Shown: one piece after another, positions 20,353-28,392 of the stretch
Layout of the letters: each line of letters opens with the position of its first letter
How positions within the stretch are numbered: position 1 is the stretch's first letter
Assembly: GCA_027339965.1 (NCBI GenBank)
Contig: DAHWNL010000006.1
Coordinates: 32,001-96,000 of the forward strand
DNA length: 64,000 nt
Source of the DNA: Granulicella sp.
GTDB lineage: Bacteria > Acidobacteriota > Terriglobia > Terriglobales > Acidobacteriaceae
Direction: 5' to 3'
The notes under the pieces: model-generated
What the model was told of the DNA's origin: nothing
Seen by the model: the letters and a program-made list of their open reading frames with translations, nothing else
Database searches by the model: none
Program-made: the position numbers and the translations under genes

Positions 20353-20690
20353 CCACATCTCCATTTTGGGGTGCAAACCAAGCCATCACGGCGCTGCGAG
20401 GCGAGCCAGGCAAAGCCCTGCCGTAACCGCCAAATCTCAATTGTAACGTTGAAGATCGCCGGTTTTCGCACCGCTCCGGACCGCTGCCACGCCCTACCCA
20501 CAAAGAAACACTTACTTCTTGGCCCCGACGAGCGTCTATTAAGGTGAGCAAACCCGGGAAGGAGTTTGTAAACTACCTGAGGGGAACCGACGACTCACCT
20601 TCCTGAAATTGAAGGTCGGCGTTTGAACTGCTCTTGCTATTGATGTTTTCGATGATTTGAAAGTTAGGACCGCGCCGATCCCGCAACCCT

Positions 20691-21677
20691 ATGGCTGATA
20701 TTGATACGCTTCCGCCTCCCCCTACGAATCAGGCAGAACCTGGTCACGCTGAGTCGGCCCAGCCGATCCAGCCGGAGTCCGTGCATCTCAGTGGAGAACT
20801 CCAAGAGGACGGGGTCTTCGCCTCTCTGCTCGCAAACATTCGAGATGCCTTCTTCTCCCCCAAGCTCCCCCCCCTGGTGCTGGAGTCCAAGCCAATTGCT
20901 GTGCCAGACCGCATGGCGACCCAGCGTAGCCCTGCCTCGGCAGCCATCGCCGTGGGTATCCACATCCTCGCAATCCTTCTGATCGCGCTGCTGATCGCCT
21001 CCCAGGTGAAGGTGATGAACTCCGAGAAGAACGTCGCCACGGTGAGCGTACCTGCCACCCCGCCGCCGCTTGCGCCCCGGCTGCAAGCCATCGGCGGAGG
21101 CGGAGGCCAGCATGACCTTGCGCCAGTAAGCCGCGGACGCCTGCCGGTGCTGGCGCAAAAGCAGATCGTACCTCCCAAAGCTCCTCCCACCGCAGCGCCC
21201 AAGCTAGCGATCCAGCCTACGGTCGTGGTGCAAAAGAACATCAACCTTGCGAATAACACGCTACCCAACCTCGGCATGCCCAGCTCTCCTCTCAAGGGAA
21301 TCTCTCTCGGGAACGGAACGGGTACCGGAATCGGATCGGGAAGCGGCTCGGGGATCGGTCCCGGCTCGGGCGGAAACATGGGTGGCGGCGTCATGCATAT
21401 CGGGGGAGACATCAGCTCGCCCGCGGTGATCTACGAGGTCGAGCCCGAGTTCTCTGAAGAGGCGCGCAAGGCAAAGCTCTCCGGGAATGTGGTCGTCTAC
21501 CTGTGGGTAGACGCTGACGGGAAGCCCTCCCACGTTCGCGTCGTACGCGGAATCGGCATGGGACTTGACCAGAAGGCTGTGGATGCTGTGCGGCAGTACC
21601 GCTTCAGGCCGGCCATGAAAGACGGCAAACCTGTCGCTGTGGATATGTATATCGAGGTCAACTTCCAGATTCTCTGA
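20691..21677 (+). CDS. Energy transducer TonB family protein
   Basis: One TM helix, Pro-rich and Gly-rich linker, C-terminal TonB domain (PEFSEEARKAK.SG.V, GLDQKAVDAV..YRF.PA.KDGKPV). Confidence 0.88.
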   Translation: MADIDTLPPPPTNQAEPGHAESAQPIQPESVHLSGELQEDGVFASLLANIRDAFFSPKLPPLVLESKPIAVPDRMATQRSPASAAIAVGIHILAILLIALLIASQVKVMNSEKNVATVSVPATPPPLAPRLQAIGGGGGQHDLAPVSRGRLPVLAQKQIVPPKAPPTAAPKLAIQPTVVVQKNINLANNTLPNLGMPSSPLKGISLGNGTGTGIGSGSGSGIGPGSGGNMGGGVMHIGGDISSPAVIYEVEPEFSEEARKAKLSGNVVVYLWVDADGKPSHVRVVRGIGMGLDQKAVDAVRQYRFRPAMKDGKPVAVDMYIEVNFQIL

Positions 21678-21972
21678 AGCCGGTCGGGAGGGCTCTGTGC
21701 AGAGACTCCTTGCCAGGCAAAGCCTAGCCGAGAAGAAGAAGCTCCCCGATCCACGCCGGTTGCTCCATGCCGAACCTGAGTCTTCCGCGGTCGGTTCCGC
21801 CCCAGGAAGCGGCGCGATCAACCTTTCTCCAGCTTTCCGTCTGGCTTCTGACTATGGCATTTTTGGTGTTGATGGGTATCCCGAAGCGGGCTGGCAGCGG
21901 CGTCTTCCGTCTTCATGGGTGGAAAACGCCCATCGAAGTCGAAGCGCGCTCTACCCCGACACCGAAAATGCC

Positions 21973-22581
21973 TTAGGGCGCCGTCGCTGAGAGATTTTCC
22001 GTCTCCGCCCAGGACCCGATCTCGTCAAACGCAAGGTTCCGCGCCGAGCTGCCGGTCTGCTCCTTCCAACGCAGGAACATCGCTCCATAGCTCGCCGTAC
22101 TGCACCGCTCCCGACCGACGTGCAGCGCTTCCAGGATCTGCTCAATCCAGGCCGGCGAACCCTCCAACTCGGCCCAAACCCCGATCGGGGTTTCATCCAG
22201 CACCAGATGGCCCTCCTCCAGCTCCCACTCGGTACGGTACTTTTCATAACGGAACACCGGACCATAGTCTAGCTGGAGAAAGATCTCAGCCAAGGCATCC
22301 CCATCCTCGACGACGCTCTCGGTCTCAATCCGCGTCTTGTAGTGGACGTCGCCCGCTTCCCCATCCGCCACGCGCTTGTGGGTCACCGTGCAGCGAGTTC
22401 CATAGTGGCGGATTCGCAGAATCTGCCTGCGGGAGCGCAGTCGGCGATCCACCGTGTCGTAAAGAACATTGCTCTCAAAGGTTCGATCCGTGACGAGCCT
22501 GAATCCCAGCCTCTCCGCCTCCGATCGGAACGCCGCAACATCCTCCACGGAAAACTTGAGTTCGATCTCGGCAGCCTGCAT
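21973..22581 (-). CDS. CYTH-domain protein (class IV adenylate cyclase / triphosphatase family)
   Basis: N-terminal EIELKF, LRIR, RIETE, YEKYR and D.TP.G..AELE. Confidence 0.88.
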   Translation of the reverse strand: MQAAEIELKFSVEDVAAFRSEAERLGFRLVTDRTFESNVLYDTVDRRLRSRRQILRIRHYGTRCTVTHKRVADGEAGDVHYKTRIETESVVEDGDALAEIFLQLDYGPVFRYEKYRTEWELEEGHLVLDETPIGVWAELEGSPAWIEQILEALHVGRERCSTASYGAMFLRWKEQTGSSARNLAFDEIGSWAETENLSATAP

Positions 22582-22679
22582 GGGGCCAGTATACGTCGAG
22601 CTGCAACTCCAAACGGCGCACCGGCCAGCTTGCGGCGCCGGCACCGTCCAGCAACATCCGCCGTAGCCCATGATCTACG

Positions 22680-23765
22680 ATGAGAAAGTCGTCTATGATC
22701 AAGACCCTGCATCTCGACGCCTTTGACCCTGCGGGGCTGAACGAGGCTGCGGCCATCCTGCGCCACGGAGGACTGGTTGCCTTTGCCACCGAGACGGTCT
22801 ACGGACTGGGAGCCAACGCCCTCTCCGAGCCGGCGGTGGCACGCATCTTTGCCGCCAAACAACGGCCAGCCTGGGATCCACTGATCGTGCACCTGGCCTC
22901 TGCCGAACAACTCGCGCAGGTAGCGCAGCCCCCTGCCCGGCTTTCAACGCGGATTCAGGCCCTGATGGACTCCTTCTGGCCTGGGCCCTTGACCCTGCTT
23001 CTGCCACGCCGGCCGGCGATTCCAGACGTCGTGACCGCGGGCCGGGACTTGGTAGGAGTGAGAGTTCCGCAGCATCCCGCCGCCCAAGCCCTGCTGGCTG
23101 CCGCCGGGCTTCCCATCGCCGCGCCCAGCGCCAACCGATTTGGGCACATCAGCCCAACCACAGCCGCACATGTGCTGGCAGACCTCGAAGGCCGGATTGA
23201 CGCCGTGTTGGACGCCGGTCCAACCTCGATCGGGGTCGAATCCACGGTACTCGACCCTACCCAGACTCCCATGCGCGTCTATCGCCCTGGAGCAGTCACC
23301 CCAGAGCAGTTGCGCAACGCGACCGGCATCGCAGTTGAGCGCTTCGTTGCTTCCCCCGGCATCGCTTCCCGGAAACCCTCGGCCCTGCCCTCGCCTGGGG
23401 TGGGGATGCGGCATTATGCTCCGCGAGCCCGGCTAAGACTGGTGGAGGGCTCGGTTCGCGGCCTGTGCGCGGGCTTGAAAGAGGCTCTGGCTCCAAGCGA
23501 AGATCACCCCGGCAGCCACTCCGCGAGGCTGGGCGTACTTCTGCCTGACCCATGGAAGCTGCCTGAAGAGCTCCGCACAAGACCCGATGTGGTCTCGGCG
23601 CCCTGGGGCCGCTGGACTGCCCCGGAGGCGCTTGCCGCGGGCCTGTTCGCCGGCCTCCGGACACTGGATGACCTCGATGTGCGGACCATCCTTTGTCCCT
23701 TGCCACCCCCTGGTGGACTCAGAGATGCGATCCGCGACCGGCTGGAGAAAGCCACCCGACCGTGA
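22680..23765 (+). CDS. tsaC: L-threonylcarbamoyladenylate synthase (Sua5-type)
   Basis: TETVYGLGA, PLIVH, FWPGPLT, AAPSAN, GVESTV, SPG..RHYAP and a C-terminal SUA5 domain. Confidence 0.92.
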   Translation: MRKSSMIKTLHLDAFDPAGLNEAAAILRHGGLVAFATETVYGLGANALSEPAVARIFAAKQRPAWDPLIVHLASAEQLAQVAQPPARLSTRIQALMDSFWPGPLTLLLPRRPAIPDVVTAGRDLVGVRVPQHPAAQALLAAAGLPIAAPSANRFGHISPTTAAHVLADLEGRIDAVLDAGPTSIGVESTVLDPTQTPMRVYRPGAVTPEQLRNATGIAVERFVASPGIASRKPSALPSPGVGMRHYAPRARLRLVEGSVRGLCAGLKEALAPSEDHPGSHSARLGVLLPDPWKLPEELRTRPDVVSAPWGRWTAPEALAAGLFAGLRTLDDLDVRTILCPLPPPGGLRDAIRDRLEKATRP

Positions 23766-23849
23766 ACGTGGTTGCAATGTTTCTTCGGAGCGGCCTCCAC
23801 AAGCTGCCCGCAGATCCGGCGCACCTGCCCCTTGAGCCGCGTCAGCCGG

Positions 23850-24236
23850 CTACTTCATCACGCTAGGCGCGGTATGGGCCTCGCTGGCCTTGTAAAGATA
23901 CTTGATCGCGGATTTGTACACCAGAACCCGGCTGCGCCCCACACGCAGCTTGAGCGTGCACTTGTCATACCACTGGATGAAGCCCTGAATCTGCTCGCCA
24001 TCTTCAAGGATGATGGTCATCTCCGTCTGTTGCAGCATCTGCTTCTGGAAATAAAATGCTTCCGCGTGCGAGGTGTCTGCAGTCCCATGAACATCCGCGA
24101 TCAGCGCATGCGTGAGAGGATCCTCCGTGTGCATCAACTCACGGCGTTGCTCCCATACGGGAAGCCGTGGACGCACCAGCTTGCGCGTTCCATTGAAAGT
24201 GTTGTCATCGCTACGAAATACGCCTCTGCTTTCCAT
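23850..24236 (-). CDS. Hfq-like Sm-fold RNA chaperone with N-terminal extension
   Basis: TIILEDGEQIQGFIQWYDK..LKL (Sm1-like) and VLVYKSAI (Sm2-like, cf. MVYKHAI). Confidence 0.75.
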   Translation of the reverse strand: MESRGVFRSDDNTFNGTRKLVRPRLPVWEQRRELMHTEDPLTHALIADVHGTADTSHAEAFYFQKQMLQQTEMTIILEDGEQIQGFIQWYDKCTLKLRVGRSRVLVYKSAIKYLYKASEAHTAPSVMK

Positions 24237-24531
24237 GAACGCTCTCTTTACCGGCACTACGGAACCTCCTCTGAGCGCGGCAAGAAGGCGCGCCCCAAGA
24301 AGCCACTCCATTCATCCGTCAATGCATCTATTCAGAGTTCAAGAAAGGTGATGACCCGGCCTGACGCCGTACTGCCACTGCCAGGTTTCATCCCATCGCA
24401 ACTATGCTTGTTTTGATGATGAGATGCAGGAAAAGGTTTGTTCGCTGCGCCTCGGCGCGTGGTTTCGCCACTTTGCACCGCACCGCCTGACCTTATACCC
24501 TCTATGGCCCAAAACCTTTTGCGAGAACAAG

Positions 24532-25683
24532 TTAGCGCCGGCCGACCTCCAATTCGACGGCCAGGGCATCCAGACTCAGGGAGCGGAGCAGATTGCGGCG
24601 CATACCTCGCTGCACAGCATCCATCGCCTGCACAGCCTGTTCGATCCAGTCAAAGGCAAAAGTTTCTGTCAGGCGTTGAAGTTCGGCGCGCTTGTCCGTG
24701 TTGCGAACTCGATCCGGCGCCCCGGAGTGCAGCACCAACATGTCCTCCAGAAGACTTGAAAGAGCGCCCAGCAAAGCCATGGTCTTGCTTTGCCCCTCGG
24801 CTCCGGCGCGATAGGCTTCGGTCATGCGGAACAGGCTGGAGTGATCCTCCATGCCTCCGGAGCGTTCCGCCGTGTGCAGGATCGTAAATGCATCGGCGCG
24901 CGCCGCAGCATACTCCGCCAGATCAAAGCTCAAGGCGCGTCCCACCGCCCCCTCGCTGAGCCTCGCGACAAGCTCCCGCTCTGCTGGGTTGAGCTGAGGA
25001 CGCCGCTCGGCCAGCAGAGCCGCAATCTCTGCCGCAGGCAGAGAACCCAGATGCGTCACGCCACACCGGGAACGGATCGTAGGCAACAACTCTCCCAGAT
25101 TCTCCGCCAGCAGCAGGATGTGAACGTAAGGCGGCGGCTCCTCCAGAACCTTCAGCAGGGAGTTGGCAGCCTCCTTCATCAAGGCCGACGAGGTGAGCAC
25201 AAAGACCTTGGCCCGAGCCTCGGTTGGCACATACTGCGCACGCTGAATCAGAGTTCGCACCTGTCCGAGCTTGATCAGCATCTGGGGTGGATCGGGAGGC
25301 AGAACAAGTACGTCCGGATGGGTCTGAACCATCACCCGGGTGTCCTTCTTGTCGGCCTCGCGCATCTCCTCCCGAGCCGCTACAGCCTGCTCAATCTTCG
25401 CCTCCAGATCGGCGCTCTCCGCAATGCGGGTGCAGTTGCGGCAACAACCGCAGAATCCGGCCAGCGGCTGACCGGCATGCCTGCCGGCGGCAGCGATCTC
25501 GCGCGGCTGGGCTTCGCACTCAAGCGCCATCGCAAGCAACAGCGCCATACTGTACTTCCCCGCCCCGCGGGGACCAAGCAGAATCAGCGAATGGGGTAGC
25601 CGACCGGCGGCGATGGCGGCGCGAAGGCTATGCACAGCAGGTTGATTGCCGATAAATCCTGAGAAGTGGGAAGGCAGTGGCAC
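24532..25683 (-). CDS. holB: DNA polymerase III subunit delta'
   Basis: GPRGAGK, CGCCRNC, HPDV, AANSLLK.LEEPP and LLPTIRSRC. Confidence 0.88.
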   Translation of the reverse strand: MPLPSHFSGFIGNQPAVHSLRAAIAAGRLPHSLILLGPRGAGKYSMALLLAMALECEAQPREIAAAGRHAGQPLAGFCGCCRNCTRIAESADLEAKIEQAVAAREEMREADKKDTRVMVQTHPDVLVLPPDPPQMLIKLGQVRTLIQRAQYVPTEARAKVFVLTSSALMKEAANSLLKVLEEPPPYVHILLLAENLGELLPTIRSRCGVTHLGSLPAAEIAALLAERRPQLNPAERELVARLSEGAVGRALSFDLAEYAAARADAFTILHTAERSGGMEDHSSLFRMTEAYRAGAEGQSKTMALLGALSSLLEDMLVLHSGAPDRVRNTDKRAELQRLTETFAFDWIEQAVQAMDAVQRGMRRNLLRSLSLDALAVELEVGRR

Positions 25684-25901
25684 TCTCTGAGCTTACCGCG
25701 CCGGAAGATTTCAATGGAGGGAAGGCCGCAGGCTGGAGGGATATTGGGCCGCAGATTCTGCGCAGCCTGCCCGGCCGGGCAGGCTGGCCGCGCCAGCCAA
25801 CCCTCTGCGGCGATGGCGCGGCGCGCTCCAGATGCAGCCTCGCAGAGGTCCCTCGGTTGAGCCTCTGGCAGATGCCGGAATCTCTGGCAAATGCGGAACC
25901 T

Positions 25902-25950
25902 TTGACAAACCAAGCAATTCGATCGATTCTAAAAGCGAAGAAAAAACGAA
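25902..25950 (+). promoter_or_regulatory. imuA promoter with candidate SOS (LexA) operator
   Basis: TTGACA (25902-07), 17-bp spacer, GATTCT (25925-30), then CGAA-N7-CGAA (25936-25950). Confidence 0.6.
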
Positions 25951-25963
25951 AGTGAGATGTACC

Positions 25964-26776
25964 ATGCCCTCTGCCGCCACGCTCCAGATGGAGATCGAAC
26001 GTAGCCTTGCCGCGCGCTTTCCAGCAGCTCTCTCCCCTGCGCCGCAGACTCATCGCGAAGCAGCAGCAACCGGCGTTGCTGCCGTGGATACCCTGTTGCA
26101 AGGGGGATTGCCCGTAGGCGCTGTCAGCGAGTTGATCGGGGCCATGTCCTCAGGACGCACCAGCCTGGCGCTGGCCTTTGTGGCAAGCCGTACCGCCGAG
26201 GGGCGCATCTGTGCCTGGGTGGATGCCGGCGACACCTTCGACCCGGAGTCAGCCGCCGGCAGCGGCGTCAACCTGAGCCAGTTGCTCTGGGTGCGCTGCC
26301 AGGGCATGCAAAGCTCTCCATGTCATACAGACCTGCCGCAGGCTGGGAGACGGAGGGTCCAGCGTCAGCCCTGGGCGCGCCTCGATCAGGCGTTGCGCGC
26401 CGTGGATCTGCTGCTGCACGCCGGCGGCTTTGCGGCCATTGTGCTGGATCTGGGCGACACCGTCTGGGAGCAGGCTAGCCGCATCCCGGCGGCTACCTGG
26501 TGGCGCTTTCGCCAGGCTGCCGGCAGTACCCATTGCTCGCTGGTTGTGCTGGGCCGCGCGGCCTATGCTGCGTCCAGCGCTGCGATCGTGCTGGAGTGTG
26601 CTGCGCGCCAGGCAAAGACCAGCGGCGGGACCATCCTCTCCAGTCTGGAATACAACGTAACCCTCAAAAGGGACCGTTCTGCCCGCATCGCTCCGTGCCC
26701 GTTTCCGGCCCGGAGGGCCACGGCCTCTACCTGGACCGCACAGCCGGGCTGGACGCAGCAAATGAGGCGCGCATGA
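25964..26776 (+). CDS. imuA: RecA-like ImuA protein of the mutagenesis cassette
   Basis: TGVAAVDTLL.GGLP.G...E..G..SSGRTS, AWVD..D.FDP.S and IVLD; first gene of the imuA-imuB-dnaE2 operon. Confidence 0.82.
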   Translation: MPSAATLQMEIERSLAARFPAALSPAPQTHREAAATGVAAVDTLLQGGLPVGAVSELIGAMSSGRTSLALAFVASRTAEGRICAWVDAGDTFDPESAAGSGVNLSQLLWVRCQGMQSSPCHTDLPQAGRRRVQRQPWARLDQALRAVDLLLHAGGFAAIVLDLGDTVWEQASRIPAATWWRFRQAAGSTHCSLVVLGRAAYAASSAAIVLECAARQAKTSGGTILSSLEYNVTLKRDRSARIAPCPFPARRATASTWTAQPGWTQQMRRA

Positions 26777-28392
26777 ACCGTGAGCTCTACGCCTGCGTCC
26801 ATGCAGCCGAACTACCCGCGCAGGCTTTGCTGCGCCTGCGCCCCGAGTTGCGCGCCCAGCCCGTCGTCATATTGGATGGCCCGGCTGCGCAGCAGACCGT
26901 TTGCGCGTTGAATCAACACGCGCGCCGGCGTGGAGCCGCGCTCGGCATGGCGCGGCTGGACGCCGAGAGCCTTGCGGAGATGAAGCTGCTCCGGCGCTCC
27001 ATCCAGGCCGAGAAGGTCTCACGCTCAATCTTGCTGGAATGTGTGTCCCAATTTTCGCCCCGCATCGAAGATGCGCTCTGGAACACTCTCTGGGACGAAG
27101 AGCGGCAAGCCGGCCAAGCTACAGCCTGCGCCTTCGTTCTGGACATCCAGGGCACAGAGCGACTATTCGGTCCGCCCGAGCAGTTGGCGCAAAGATTGCG
27201 CTCTTGCCTCTCCGCAGCCGGCTTTCACGTCTCCATCGCGGTGAGCGCCAACTTCCACACCGCGCGCCTGATCGCTGCGCACAGAGGCGGCATCCACGTG
27301 ATTGCCGAAGGTCAAGAGGCAGCCATGCTGGCCGGCCTTGCTTTGACCGCTCTTGACGGGGATGCCGCTTCGGACACCGATCTGGCAGAGATCCTTGCCC
27401 AATGGGGCATCCGCAATCTGGGCGAGCTGGCCGCTCTTCCAGAGGCGGAACTGATGACGCGCCTCGGCGCCAGGGCTCGCACCTGGAGCGCTCTGGCGCA
27501 GGGCCGGGCAACCTACCTCTTCCGCCCCATCCAGCCTGCGCTGCGGCTGGAAGAGTTCTACGCATTCGAGACTCCGGTCGCACAGATAGACTCGCTTCTG
27601 TTCACCATCGCACGCATGATCGACTGCCTTGCTCAGCGAGCAGAGTCCAGAGCGCTGGCGCTGGCCACGGTCACCGCGCTCATGCAGCTTGAAGACGGCA
27701 GTTCCCATCAGCGCGTCATCCGGCCCGCGCTGCCATCGCTGGACCGCCGCTTCCTGCTCAAGCTCGTACAGATGGAGATCGGAGCGCATCCGCCCCAGGC
27801 CGCGGTTACTTCGCTGCTGCTCCAGGCCGAGCCTGGACAGAGCCGTCAGATGCAGCTTGGACTCTTCACCCCGCAGATGCCTGAACCTTCGCGGCTGGAC
27901 GTCACTCTGGCGCGCCTCAAGTCGATCGTGGGAGAAGACCGCGTCGGCTCGCCCGTGCTGGAAGACACGCACCGGGCAGACAGCTTTCACATGCTGAGCT
28001 TGATCGCTGGCCACGCCGGCGCAGACCAGAGACTACAAGGCGGCTCCGGTCAGGCTCCACAAGCGCCTAAGCTGCAGTTCCATCGACTCTGTCTACGCCG
28101 CATGCGTCCTCCGCGGCCGGTGAGCGTTTTGCTGCACGCCGGCCGGCCTGCTGTCTTTCACGATCGCAAGCAAAGCTTCAAAATCACGGCAGCCTATGGC
28201 CCTTGGAACAGCAGCGGTTGCTGGTGGTCTGCCGCAGCCTGGGAGAGCGGCCTGGAGCCCCATGGCAGCGCGGCATGGAACAGCGCCGAGTGGGATCTGC
28301 TGGCCACCTCGCCGGATGGCGCGCCCTGCGCCTGCCTGCTGAGCCACGACATCCAAGGGAACATCTGGCATCTGGAGGCGTTCTATGACTGA
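26773..28392 (+). CDS. imuB: Y-family polymerase-like ImuB
   Basis: FSPRIE, LDIQGTERLFG, WGIRNLGELA, clamp-binding-like QLGLF and C-terminal GPW...GCWW....YD; ATGA overlap with imuA. Confidence 0.85.
   Translation: MNRELYACVHAAELPAQALLRLRPELRAQPVVILDGPAAQQTVCALNQHARRRGAALGMARLDAESLAEMKLLRRSIQAEKVSRSILLECVSQFSPRIEDALWNTLWDEERQAGQATACAFVLDIQGTERLFGPPEQLAQRLRSCLSAAGFHVSIAVSANFHTARLIAAHRGGIHVIAEGQEAAMLAGLALTALDGDAASDTDLAEILAQWGIRNLGELAALPEAELMTRLGARARTWSALAQGRATYLFRPIQPALRLEEFYAFETPVAQIDSLLFTIARMIDCLAQRAESRALALATVTALMQLEDGSSHQRVIRPALPSLDRRFLLKLVQMEIGAHPPQAAVTSLLLQAEPGQSRQMQLGLFTPQMPEPSRLDVTLARLKSIVGEDRVGSPVLEDTHRADSFHMLSLIAGHAGADQRLQGGSGQAPQAPKLQFHRLCLRRMRPPRPVSVLLHAGRPAVFHDRKQSFKITAAYGPWNSSGCWWSAAAWESGLEPHGSAAWNSAEWDLLATSPDGAPCACLLSHDIQGNIWHLEAFYD

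Noticed and set aside
20353..20450. T-box riboswitch upstream of ileS
   Set aside because: A hairpin (ttacggc/gccgtga) exists, but there is no T-box GGTGGNACC consensus and the leader is too short.
20545..20590. c-di-GMP-I riboswitch suggested by GCAAAC
   Set aside because: Lacks the following GNRA hairpin and GGGACGCAAA consensus.
26500..26772. Long N-terminal extension of ImuB in the ORF track
   Set aside because: It overlaps imuA; the ATGA junction at 26773 gives a normal start.
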